Below are positions 1 to 13,700 of a stretch of DNA of 64,000 nt, piece by piece (the stretch's first letter is position 1; the number at the start of each line of letters is the position of its first letter). The notes below the pieces were generated by a model. The model saw nothing but the letters and a program-made list of their open reading frames with translations, was not told the origin of the DNA and searched no databases. This stretch comes from the human T2T-CHM13v2.0 reference genome, Homo sapiens, in NCBI RefSeq assembly GCF_009914755.1, contig NC_060947.1; one strand, 5' to 3'. Made by a program: the position numbers and the translations under genes.

Positions 1-575
1 ACGTAAATGTTCATCAATGGACAAACAGATAAAGAAATGTGGCATAAACATACAATGGAAATTTATTTAGCCTTAAAAAATAAGCGAGTCTTGCTATTTG
101 TAACAATATGAATGAAACTGGGGGACATTATGCTAAGAGAAATAAGCCAGGCACACAAGGAAAAATACTATATAATCTCACTTACGTAAAGTATCTAAAA
201 TAGTCAAACTCATAGAAACACACAGTAGATTGGTAGTTGCCAGGGGCTGAGGAGAGGGGCAAGGGGGGAGTTATTTTTAATATAGATATAAAGTTTCGGT
301 TATACAAGATGAGTAAGTTCTAGACACCTGCTATAAAACATAGTGCCTATCTTTAACAACACTGTATTGTGCACTTAAAAGTTTTGTTGAGGGTAGATCT
401 CATGTGAAGTGTTTTTCTCACAAAAAAGGAGGGCATAAGGAAACTGAGAGGTGATGGGTACGTATATTACTCTGACCGTGGTGATGGTTTCAGGGGCATA
501 TGGATGTGTCCCAACTTATGAAACTATATACATTAAATATGTACAAATTGTTACATAATTATGCCTCAATACAGC
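1..575 (+). mobile_element. Old L1 3' end (ORF2 tail + 3'UTR, L1MA/L1MB-like)
   Basis: Diverged 'aaagaaatgtggcata...tacaatggaa', 'gacattatgctaag.gaaataagccagg', 'gagggtagatctcatg' motifs typical of L1M 3' ends. Confidence 0.8.
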
Positions 576-887
576 TACTAATTTTTTTCTTGTACAACAA
601 AACCTGACATTTCAAAAAGATAATGGTTTTTTGGAAGATAAAAAAATGAAAAACCTAACAGCACAGAGAAAAAAAAAAAGTTAATAATAAGACAGTGAGG
701 AAAGAGCCAAAAGACCTGAGATATGATTACTAAGAGCTTCATGAAAAAAAAAAACAGGAAGAAATAGAAGAGAAGTAAACTATCAATGATATACTAGCAA
801 CAATTTTCTTGAGCTAATGAATGACTTCGGTGTTGAGGCTCTAAGACTTTGCTGAGGCATAGGCAGAGTTAATAAAATAATTACATA

Positions 888-1534
888 CAATCATCCCTTT
901 AACATCCTGGGGGATTAGATCTAGGACCCCCACAACGGATACCAAATCTGAAGATGCCCAAATCCCTTATATAAAATGGCATAATATTTGCATATTGCCT
1001 ATGCATCTCCTCCCATATATTTTATTTTTACTTCTCTTTGCTTTTGTTTTTGAGACAGTCTTGCTTTGTCACCTAGGCTGGAGTGCAGTAGCATCTCTTC
1101 TCACTGCAACCTCCACCCTGCCGGTTTAAGCAATTCTCCTGCCTCAGCCTCTCCAGCAGCTGGGATTACAGGCATGCACCACCACACTTGGCTACCTTTT
1201 TTTTTTTTTTTGTATTTTTAGTAGAGACAGAGTTTCACCACGTTGGCCAGGCTGGTCTCGAACTCCTGACTTCAAGCAATCCACCCACGTCATCCTCCCA
1301 CAGTGCTGGGATTACAGGCATAAGCCACCGCACCTGGCCATCCCATGTATTTTAAATCATCACTAGATTCTTCATAATCCTCACACAATATAAATGCTAT
1401 GTAAATAGTTGTTATACTTTATATTATTTTTATTGTTGTAGTGTTATTTGTATTGGTTATTTAAAGAAATATTTTTGATCCAAGGTTTGGTTACACCTGC
1501 AAATGTGGAACCCATGCATACAGAGGGCTGACTG
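888..1534. mobile_element. MER2-like (Tigger family) DNA transposon fossil, split by an Alu
   Basis: TA flanks (886-887, 1535-1536), degenerate terminal inverted repeats ca.tcatccct / agggctgactg, internal 'cccttatataaaatggc' and 'aaatgctatgtaaatagttgtt'. Confidence 0.8.
1025..1339 (-). mobile_element. Alu (AluS/J)
   Basis: Reverse Alu dimer; TSD tcccat(a/g)tatttta at 1011-1024 and 1341-1354. Confidence 0.92.
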
Positions 1535-2199
1535 TAGTTGGATCTACTGTGATAAAATTTTTGAACTCCAAGGATGAAAAATACTCTTGAAAGCTTCAAG
1601 AAAGGAAGAACTGGTTTCTTGTGAAGAGAAGATAAGCAGACTAACATCAAGTATCCTCTGTGCAATACTAGAAGCTAGAATCGAGTGCAGCAACAGCTAC
1701 AGTTTACTGGGAAAAATGAATTGCGATATTAGAATCCTGTAGTGCCCAAGGTCTCACTTACAGGAGATAACAAAGAAAAGGTATTTTAAGACATGCAAGG
1801 ACTCAAAAGGTACTTTCTCAAGAACTCACTCAAAGAAGTACTTCAGCCAAATAAAAAATCTAAACAAAAATCTCCTAAACAAAGTATAAGAAATAGCACT
1901 GAACAATGAATTGTATCATATTTATAATTATATATAAATGAATTAGGATAATAACACTGGAAACTATATAAAAGTGTTTTGTAAGGATTCTTGAAACAGA
2001 AGAGACATTTTCTAATTTAAAATATATAGTGTCTGAAACTAAAATTCCAAACCATCTAAGAAAAACCCAGGAGATACAGGGTAAAAGTGTAAGAAGGTAT
2101 AGGGCATTCCGGAATGGGAAAGTAAATGGCTTTTTTAAAGGTATTGATGGAGATGGAGTAGAAAAGTACATGACTTAGAGGAAGAGGGAGCATATTCTA

Positions 2200-2640
2200 T
2201 TTAAATTTGATACAACAGATAAATGCAGATACAAATATGCAAGCTATTACAAAAAGTGATATTCCATTTTAAGAAGATTGACAAATTCAACTACATATAA
2301 ATCAAAACTTTCTGAATGTATGAAAATCACTTAAAGACAAACATATTAGCTACCTATATCATCAAAGCCCTAATATCCTTAATATATAATTACAAACTTT
2401 AAATCAATAAGAAAATATCAATGATTCAATAGCAAAATAGATACATCGATAAGAACAGACAATTCTCTTGGAAGATACACATGAAATTGTTGACCATGTC
2501 TGCCTCTGGTGAAGGGAATGCAGTATCTGGGAGACCAGAGAGGAAGGATAAGTCATACCTCATTGTATATGTTTGCTTGTCTTTTGAATTTGGAGCATTG
2601 TATACCTTCTCCAAATTAAGGTACATTAAGAACTATAACA
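2200..2640 (+). mobile_element. Very old L1 (L1ME-like) 3' fragments
   Basis: Degenerate 'aagattgacaaattcaactacat', 'aagaacagacaattc', 'tgcctctgg.gaaggga' motifs. Confidence 0.55.
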
Positions 2641-2699
2641 AAGAATTCACTCATGCTACAATCTAAGTGTTCTGCTTGAAGCTTTCCATACAAGCCTCA

Positions 2700-2960
2700 T
2701 GCTGTCTTCAGCCTTAGGTCTGCCTTCCACTAGGGCTGAATCCTCTAAGTTTAGTCAGCCTATGAGCAAAGACAAGAAGGGGAACATAGAAGATCATGGG
2801 GGACCTTTTAGGGATAAGACTTTTAAGTGATACACATCACTTCTATCCACATTTTATTGATTAGACCAGTCCCATGGCCCCATCTCGATGCAAGAGTACT
2901 GGAAAATGTTATTTAGCTGCTGACCCAAGAAAGAGAAGCCAGGTTGGGTGAGTAGCCAAA
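2700..2960. mobile_element. Ancient MaLR LTR fragment (MLT1J/K-like)
   Basis: 'aagtgatacacatcacttctatccacattttattg...cccatggcccca...tgcaagag..ctggaaaatg' resembles old MLT1 LTRs. Confidence 0.5.
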
Positions 2961-3324
2961 CTGTGCTCCAATTGCCTCAAAAACTTAATATTTTAAAGAG
3001 AAATAAAATAAAAGGATGTGTTAAGTTGTATCAGGAAAATGCAAAGGAAAAAGTAATATGCATATTAATTAAAAAATAACCCAAGATATAAAATATTAAA
3101 AGGGACAGAAATTTTGTGATGGTAAAAGCTGCAACCTACAAAGATTAGTGAAACAAGTCTAAATTATGAAACAAACTGTATAACATCATTACATTAATAC
3201 ATTAAGCAAAACCTTCTAAGAAGACAAAGAAAACTAAAAAAAAAAAAAAGTTGGATCATCGGTAGGTTAGGAGGCCATGCCACAAAACCTGTATAGTATT
3301 TGAATACTATAATTTGGAAACAAT

Positions 3325-3327
<3 letters not shown>

Positions 3328-3369
<42 letters not shown>
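3328..3369. repeat. (CA)n microsatellite
   Basis: About 21 perfect AC units. Confidence 0.97.
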
Positions 3370-3371
<2 letters not shown>

Positions 3372-3469
3372 TTGTACCCTACAAATACCAACAACATATT
3401 TTATTGGAACATTAATAAAAATTGATCATATATCTGGCCACAGTAAAACCTAATTAGACTCTTAAATTT

Positions 3470-3752
3470 AAAAATGTACTTCACATAATACATAAATTTA
3501 AAAGTGTACTTTGCATAAATACACAAATATGTATTACATATTTACATATGTATATGTAATATATACATAAATTATGTAATATATACATATATACATATAC
3601 ATATACAATATATACATATGCTATATATACACAATATATACATAAATTATGTAATACATACATAAATATGTAATACATGTAAATATGAAGCGCATATTTA
3701 CATATGTAAATATGTACTTCACATAATACATATGTAAATATGTACTTCACAT
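3470..3752. repeat. AT-rich low-complexity (TA/TACA) degenerate repeat inside an old L1 ORF2 fragment (~3040-4100)
   Basis: Repeated atatacataaattatgtaat and catatgtaaatatgtacttcacat units. Confidence 0.8.
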
Positions 3753-5619
3753 GCCTGACAACAATCCAATAAAAATAAAATAGAAGTTAACAACTCAAAG
3801 ATTGCCCCATAACTTCACCACTTAGAAATTAAGGAACACTCTGATAAACATCACCAAATTGAAGGAAAAAAATTGAAGTTATATATTTTCTATAATTTAA
3901 CACAAAGTAAAATATCTCATGAAAGTATACAGGATATAACTAAAGCTGTATTCAGGAAAATGTACAGAGTTAAAACATTTTATTATTAAAAATAAAGTAC
4001 TATATATAGAAATGAACTAAGTATTAAGCTAACAAACTAGAAAAACAAAACGAACCAAAAAGTTAGAGAGTAAATAAGAAAAAACCTAAAATTACTCAAA
4101 TTACACTAAATCCATCCAAAACAGTAGAGGAGGTGTGGATGCAGGTTACACTTAGGCACTTCATGAATGAGAAGGAAAGTAAGGAGGTAGGGGGAGGGTG
4201 TCTTGGTTGCTGAGATTTTGCTGGTGGATCCTGAGTCAAAAATTGTTTTCTAACATTTCCTATGACCATGAATTTAGGGTACAGGATCCATCAAAATGTA
4301 ATTTCAATTCTCAAAGGTCATACTCTTTCTAGATGAGCTGCAACCACCAGTCACAATATTACTTAAAAATCTTAGACAATGTGATTTAATGAATGTGAGT
4401 CAAACTCTCTCAGTGAGTCAAACCCAAACAGTCCCTGTAGGGACTGTTGACATCTTGAGAGACAGTATCCCTCGACTGTACTTCCATAGCAATTTATACA
4501 CATCTCTGTTGCACCATTTATCACGCTGCCTCCTGAGTTGTAGGTTTGTGTGTGTCTTTTCCTTTGACTCCTTTAGGCACAGGACCATGTCTTTCTTCTT
4601 GGATCCTCCCAGTACCTCCATAGAGCCAAAAAATCTTTGATGAACAACTGAATAAGAGAACGAATGCACAGATACCAAGAAAAAAGCCAAAGAGGACAGA
4701 GAATCAAATTCCTTTTTCTGCTAAGAGTAACATACATAATGAAGGCACCATAGGCCCATTAAGCTACAGATGAAAAGTACCCAACTGACAAAACAACAGA
4801 AGGAAAAAGAACACATCAATTACCATAGGGAGCCTAGCTAACAGTTTAACCAAGAGACAAAGATGTTTTTCAAGACTATTTACAAATTTAAGAAACAATT
4901 TATTATTTTTTAAAACCATTGTCAACTCCCAGAACACAGTGCTGTTTGAAGCTTCTGGAAAATCACTAACAAGGCAAGATACTGGTTGCTGACTAGGCTA
5001 CCCTTGTAGTCATCATTAGTCTCTTTTGCTTCCGGGGGCATGGATAAAATCTAAGTCAAAAAAAAAAAAAAGGAGGAAGTATGAAGGTTACAATAAATGA
5101 ATGCTGACTGAAAGAAGAGAGATGAAAAGATTTATTAACACATCATCCATACTATCCACATTCACACAGATCAAACATTTCAGGAGAAAATGTGCCTTTT
5201 TTAGTAGACAGTTCTACTGTTAGCCCACATCTCCATCCTATCTACAATTCCCATCAAACTGGTTGCAAAGCCTTTAAAACATCCAAGAGAGATGTGGACG
5301 GTTTTAACAGCGTACGAGAACATAGTGAATGTAGTAAGTTGTGTAAAGCTCTAAATGGATGTAACTAAAGGTAAGCCTTTCTCAGTTAATAAGGGCAGAA
5401 CCTTCTTCCTGCAGTCACTGATCTTTACACTTTAACCACTGTGGTCAAGTACAACACCGGAGGTGGATAGGCTTGAATGACTTAAGCCTCTATGGCTGGA
5501 AAGAATGTTTGGCTGCTATGCTTTGCTAAATTTGGGGCTGAAGAAGTGGGGAAGAAACTGCTGGAGACAGCAGTTATTTGTCACCATTCACAGTTCTACA
5601 TATATATCAAGCACCACGT

Positions 5620-5935
5620 TTAACTTGCCCCCACTTTCCACCTCTTTTGCCTAGTGACCTCCATTCACTGTCTACTTCTCAGCTAACTTACACGTCACTT
5701 CTTCTAAGTGGTCTTTCTGGATCCCCGTACTAGTCCCTAGCATCGTCTACTGCCATATTATAACAGCTGTCATATGTCATTGAAATTGCTTGATTCATGC
5801 CTATCTTCCTCTGTAGGCTATAGGTCTGTAAGGGCAAAAGCTGTTTCAGTCTCATTCACAGCTGAATCCTTCATGCCAAGCTCATTGCCTGACAAAATAA
5901 ATGCTTAATAAATGTTCAGTGAATGAATCAATCAA
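5620..5935 (+). mobile_element. L2 3' end fragment
   Basis: 'tgcttaataaatgttcagtgaatgaat' L2-type tail preceded by 'taggctataggtctgtaagggca'. Confidence 0.65.
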
Positions 5936-8756
5936 TACGCAAATGAGGAGAGGTGTGGCCTACCTTCAGGTAGAACCGGTAGTCAAACTAGATTTATATA
6001 CAGAAACTAGAAGAGTGAACACACACAGTACCCCTGTGATAGTGATGATTTTGTTAAACATATTATAGAATTTAAAAAAAAAAAGCTTAGAGAAAATAAG
6101 TAACTTGTTCCAAAGAAAGAAAAGTAAGCAAATTAGCTACCTTGTCCTATGGATCCTGAGTCTCAAGTCTGATTTGAGGGACCGAGATTATTGGTCTACT
6201 TGCTATTTAAACAGGAATGGCTGAGGAATGAAGAGGCTGAATACCAGTAAATATCTGTAGAGACTTCCAAAGTCTGAGAGTTGGTGAATAGCCAAATTTA
6301 AGAGCTGCTTTTAAATTATATCTAACAATAGGGCTTTTTACACAGCAGTGTGATATGGTAGAAAAAATACAGAGTTTGGAGCCAAAGACTTATATTTCAC
6401 CCCAGTTCTATAACTTACTATTTGTAGAATCACCTTGATAAGGCTTGTAACAATTCTGAGATCCACAAAATTCATAAAGAGAAAAGAAAGCATCATTTTG
6501 CAATGTTATTTTGAAGAGTAATCGACAAGCAGTGCCTAGCACCATGTCTTACAGTATACATTTGATAATTTAATAAATATATGACTATAAACTTTAAATC
6601 AATATGAAAATATCAATGATTCAATAGTAAAATAGGTAAAAGGATATGAACAGACAATTCTCTTGGAAGATACACAAGAAATTGTTGACTGTGTCTGCCT
6701 CTGGAGAAGGGAATGCAGCATCTGGGAGAATACTTGGAATAGAATCAAATAGAATAGAATGGAAATATTTCTCACAACTTCAAAACCTGGAGCTTCACTT
6801 ACTCTTTCCTCATTCCTGACAGAGTAGGAGCTTTATAATCATTGAATTAAAATTGAATAGCCAGGCTCAAACAGAGGTTAGGATTAAATCCTGACCTAGG
6901 AAGGCGTGCATCTTTTTAACTTGTTTCATAACTGTTAGTCAAGCTGAGGAGATGCTTCTCTGAAGAAAGGCAGACTATCTTAAGAAACTTCAGGTCAAAC
7001 TTCTTCTAGCACCTACCATGTGCGAGGTTCTTTTCCAGGCTTGTTGGAAGATCACAGAGGGACAGTGAGCAAACAGGAAATACAAGGGCATAAAATATCT
7101 GCAATCTCCCTAAGCAACTAATACTTTTCTATGGTATTAGAAAATCCATTTCACCGGGATGAACTGCTTTTCTTTTCTGAAAATACCTTAACTTTCCTAG
7201 TGTTGCTCCTGTCAGTACTACCTAAAGTGTAATGTGAATCACTACTCATTTTCTGTATATTTGTTGGAACTGAGAAATGGAAGTCAATTGATGCATATAC
7301 AACGAATTGAATATGTTAAGATTTTCTTTCTGGAGATAATCAGGTTCAAAAGCAGAAACCAAATTATACTCAATCTTCTCATTTGATATATTTTTATTTT
7401 CATTTATTGGAAGAAAAACTTGATTATCATTGCTCCCTTAATAAGAGTATTCTGCATTTTATTTTAAAATAAAATGTAAGCCTTTTATTGAATTTTGAAA
7501 AACCAAGTGTGGGCAATGCTGCCATTGTTAGATGAAGAAATTCAAGAAGAGGTAAGCCACACAAAATGTGCAGCCTCCATGCATCACTCAGGTAGCCTAG
7601 TCAGGACCTTCATCTTTAGAGGCAAGTCATTACCAAGGACCACTCACTCTTCCCTGGGTTGGGTCCAGCTTTCTACCAATGAGCTATAGGCTTTATCTTT
7701 TCATTTCTAAAACTCATCTGTAAATCCAAGCCTCCAAAATAAAATTGTATATGACAGTTGACAACCTATGTGAAAAGTATATGTACCACAAGATAAACAC
7801 CTAAAAATTTCACTTCTATAATCGATTACTTGAAAAGCCTTTAATTTTCCTGCAACCAAAACCTTCAGAATATCATGACAGACTTGATAGATTTTACAAT
7901 TCTTCACTGGAGACGGTACAATCACTAACTATTATTTGAGTGTTCATCTGTGCAATTAAAAAGTACTGGCTTCATGAAAAACCAGAGTATTGAGATGTTT
8001 CAGTACATGTTTACATGTTTTACGGTATTATTACTTGTTAATAATTAATGTTAATTACATGTAAATAATCATTACTCAGGTTTTAAATGAGGAAAGAGTA
8101 ACTGAAGTTCCAGGTTTTTACATGTTTTGCAGTATTATTACATGTTTGAGTAATCAAATGTACTCCAATTAATACTAAAATGCTGATTGGCATATGAATC
8201 CTCTAACCTAGAAAACTTAGATGGAAATATTCCAAGTGGGTGTTCATGTGTAACTTGAACTACTCTCTTTTTCATGGGGAGTCAGGAAAGAAGTGCACAA
8301 GTCAATGTCTGCAATTGAATCACAGTAAGACATTTGAAATAACAGACTATTTGGGTTATAAATGGCCTCTGAAACCACTTGGCCTAACTCATTTTACCTA
8401 GGGAGAAACTGAGGCCTGAAGGAGGAAAGGCATTTTCACTTACCTATTTAGTAGTCAGTGGTAGAGGTGTGGGTAGGATCTGGTTTTCCTGATTTCCAAT
8501 CCAATGTCCATTATATCATAGGGCTTATGTCCAAAATTATGATAATGCAAAGGTCATATGACAGCAGGCCAAACTAAAACAGGAAAGAAAGGAAATAAGA
8601 ATGTAGAAAAAGGGGCCAAAAAGGCATTTTATGATTTACTGTGGAATGAATATTGGCATCTTGGTCTTTCTGGCAGGGGTTCTTTGCTGGTTTACATATT
8701 TTTAAAAATAGATCACACATTTATAAGAACATATAAAACACGTATGTACAATTTGG

Positions 8757-8970
8757 AAGGGCCAGCAAATTGCAACTCATTGGCCAAATCAAGCCTGATT
8801 TTAGCCCAGTCTTTTAAAGTTTTATTGGAAAACAATCACATCAAGTAGTCTACAGTACTTATAGCTGCTTTTGTGCTACATGGTAGGGTTAATTTTGACA
8901 GGGATCTTATAGACTGCAAAGCTGCTAATATTTGCTATCTGATCCTTTACCAAAAGTTTGCTGACCCCTA
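8757..8970. mobile_element. MER58-like hAT-Charlie DNA transposon fossil
   Basis: Ends gggccagcaaa ... aagtttgctgacccct; internal 'aaagttttattggaa.aca'. Confidence 0.75.
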
Positions 8971-10283
8971 GTTTCAAGAATACTAATACTAATAAAATAT
9001 ACCCAAACTAATACTACTAATAAAATGAACTCTTAAGTACCCACACCCAGATGAAGAAAATAGGACCCTACCAATACTTTAAAAGATCTGTTAGCTCCTC
9101 TCCTATCACATCTTCCTTCCTCCGCTCATACATTGCTTTGTTTTGAAAAACCAAGTGTGGGCAATGCTGCCATTGTTAGATGAAGAAATTCAAGAAGAGG
9201 TAAGCCACACAAAATGTAACTTTGACTTCAGTGAGAGTTTATAAGAGCCCTTTCCAGGGTAATAATGAGCAAGGTTATGAGACCTGGAAAACAAAAGGCT
9301 CACTATACTTGGGATATCTGGCAGGGCTGTAATCAGGGAAGTAGGCTGTTCTATAGTTTTTGTTTCTAAGTTTCTCCTGGAGAGAAAGAATACCTCCATG
9401 AGATGAAATTGTGTCATAGGCTCAACAGGCAGAAGGATCTAGAAAGCAGAATAGGAAGTTCACCAGAAAATAAGCCAAGGGCAGGTAAGAATTTGGGCTG
9501 GGCTCACCTGAGCACTCTGTCCTCAGGTTAAAGAAGAAGGTACAATGGTGGCATCATGTCTTGAGTCACATTACTACAATGTGGGCTGGTTACATCTGGA
9601 GCACAGCTGCCATTCTGGGGATCTGCTCCCCATCCTTCTAGGATTTTCTTTGCCCTTTGCTAGTGTCCCCCGTTTGCTCTATTTCATATTTTCTTGTTTT
9701 TTTCTCTCTTTTCATGGAGAACAGCCTCTAATAGTTAAGAAAAGTTGAAGTTGAGAAAGGTTATGTGGGAGGTGAAATCTTTAGCAACCTAGAATTTCTG
9801 AAACATTTATATTCTATCAAATATCTAACGGGTGATTTAATTGATATAGAATTTAGGTTGGAAACTACTGACACCAAACATATACAGCCACATGCACTAT
9901 TAATTCCACCACTAACTTGATCAGAAATATGAAAATTGATGGAAGCAAACAAGTTACATGGAACAAAAGCAGATGCGGCCTAACTTAGCACAACTCTTCT
10001 CCCCAGGCCATGCAGAGCAGAAGCTGATGACAATTCTCCACACAGGTAGCAGAGAAGCACAGTTGAGAAAACTGGCTTTTTCCTTTCTCCTGCCCTTTCA
10101 TATTCCAGAATAGCAAAATAACTTATACAAAAGATCTATGATACATTATTTAAGAATGATTAGAAACACGAAGCTCTGTTTTAATTTTTGCACCAAATTT
10201 AGCAGCTGCCATGCCATGCACCATTAGTAATGTGATTCAATGCAGTTAAGCATACATAAATGACAACTCTTTGTATATGTGAT

Positions 10284-11050
<767 letters not shown>

Positions 11051-13111
11051 TTACTTTATGTGATACACCATGAGCTCTTCTTCATTCATAGCCTCATCTG
11101 CATTTTCTGCCTTTTTTGAGTTATATTCCATTTTTTTTCACGGATTATTTTCATAGGTGCCTTGTGCTTTTGTCTTACAAACAGTGATAACCTGAGGTAG
11201 CAAACAAATCAACTTTGCAGCTATAGCATTTAGTTATCTGTGTAGGTATGTACTTTGAACGTATCTAAGTTCACATTCACATTACTTAGCACAATTCTTC
11301 AATAGTATTTGAAAGTCACTACAAATATGAAAAAATTTAAAAGTGATGTATTTACTGTATAAATTTAATTATTGTAAGATGGAACTTAAAGCATTATGAA
11401 TTTTCAATTTCTCATAACTATAACAAAGGTGTAAAAAGAATATAATGCTCTACAATGACATTTAAATTGACCATACTTCACAAACTAAGGTCATGCTAAT
11501 TCTAGATTGTTCTTGTACAACTTCTAACAAAATTTTAATCGTGACTGACAATAACAGTTCATTTATCAAGAGGATGTCCCTCTTTCATGCACCTTCATCT
11601 TATAGGAAATTCATGTTTATTTGTGTAGAAGAATCCAGTCAGTTTATTTTTCTTAATAATGTGTTTTTAAAATGTTAATCTATGAAAATTTCATTTTTAT
11701 TACTACCTCAGAGCTATCTATATCAAGCTGATTAAATAGCTTTGTCCCTGGACAATGGGAATTGAAAGATTATACACATACACACATTGATATGTTTTGA
11801 TCCTCTGGGAAAAGTACTGAATCTCATTTCAAATAGATGATGGTACAGCAAAGGGGCTTTCAAAATATATAATCAACCGAACCAAGTAACTTATGTCAGG
11901 TCTTTGGTGGTAAAATGTCATTTCTGAACTGCAGCATGATAATAGTCCCACTAGTTACATAGGTAGACTACCCTATCCCACAGGCATGAAATTAAAGTGA
12001 TGATGGATATTATCTCCAAAAAACACAGGTTCACTAAGAGCAAGCAACTGAACTATTAATAAATTCTAACTCCACCACTACTCCAGGCAAATTCCTTTGC
12101 ATCCCTCTCTGCCTCAGCTACTTTAATTGTAAGAATTAACTGTCTCTAAATACCTAAGGAAATTGGTGATGTCTCAATAAAACCAGGCAGTATGAGTGAG
12201 TGAGCATTCTCAATAGATATGTCATGTCAAAATGTGATAACAAGTCATTTTTATTGTTACTCTGAATATGGATGGTTCATGTTTCAGTTACTTAGTCAAT
12301 GTGGCCAGAGGATCTGGAAGCCACATTATTTACTGTATAAATACTATTTCTAGTATTCAAATCTAGAAATAGGTCATGTGGTCTGGTCACAGTGAGAAGG
12401 AAAAATGCTAATTTCTTGAACACTGGTAAATGAGAGTGGCATGTATACGCTAGGCAACTTACTTTCTGGTTCTATGTTCAAATGCAGTAAATTTCAGTAT
12501 ATTTGACTAGCTCAATAATTTATAAGAATAAAAAAATATAAACACGGACTAATGACAAATCCATTACATTTCTAAGAAACCTTGGTGTAATGCAGAGGCA
12601 GAGGAAAAACAAGTTCTTTGGGCAAGTATCTCAGTACCTGCAAACCACATTTCACTGCACAGGAAGTTCATGTGATAAGTGAACCCTCAAGGGGACACAA
12701 AACAACCAACTTACCCATTTTATCCTATCCGAAATAAGTTTGACAAAAATAGTGACCGAGTTCCAAGTTTTCCCTCAACACCACAGAAGGAATATTTATC
12801 CCCTACTAAAAAAAGTGAGACAATATTATTTTCCATCCCATAATGACTACATATCCCTGAATTTTCACTGGCTTATTTGGTGGGAGTGGTAATTGTCCCT
12901 TGTCCTTGTCATCTATCCAGTCTACAGCTAGGAATTAATGGCCTGTCATCTCAGCTCAAACAGGGCCAATGGTCCTCCCTGTTAACTTGGCCTCACTTTA
13001 GTTCTCATCAGCATAGCTTCCTACCCAGAGAGTTAGCTACATCTCTTACTGCGTCCTATGCCCAGTCTGTCCTGCAGTCTTCAACTATAGGATCACTTTA
13101 TCCTATTGTCG

Positions 13112-13700
13112 TGAAGACAGAGCAGGGATGGGACTTGACCCCTGTAGCCCACCAAGGACCTCTATTGCAAGTTGGTGGCAGGCATGGCCAGCAGCGACCC
13201 CAAAGAGACCATCAAGACCTTGCACTGGAAATCTTACTCAAGATGCCTACCATTGATTCCAGGACCTTAAGGAAACTAATAAGCAGCTCCCACCATAAAT
13301 CTTACTCAAGGGGGTTTAATCCTATCTCCCAGCTGTGTACAAGACCAGAAGAACAACTGAACTTCCACCATAGTTTCATTATAATACTCAACACTCACAT
13401 GCAAAGGTGGACACTTAATATTTAATATGCTAATAAGACATGCAACAAATGAAGCATGTTATCAAACTGCACAGGTGCCAGAAGTTCCCGACTTCTACAT
13501 GCTTAAATGTCACTCCTTGCCGACTTTAGCCCCTTTAAAATTACCATCCTGACTCTCTTCTTGGAATCAGCCAGAAAACTGTTGTGCTGCCTCCCTTGTG
13601 TTCAAACATAAGCCCCTAATAAAAGCCTTGTCTGGGAAACCTGCTCAACCTCGTGTCAATTTTTATTACATGAGAGCCTAAGCACCTGTTGTCAGTAACA
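13112..13700 (+). mobile_element. ERV solo LTR (ERV1/MER4-group-like, subfamily not assigned)
   Basis: TG...CA ends (tgaagacag ... cagtaaca), TATA-like 'ctttaaaa' near 13535, AATAAA at 13618, U5-like 'tgtcaatttttattaca'; about 590 bp. Confidence 0.65.

Noticed and set aside
12877-13425. 182-aa ORF
   Set aside because: Non-ATG start, runs across an LTR boundary, no recognisable domain.
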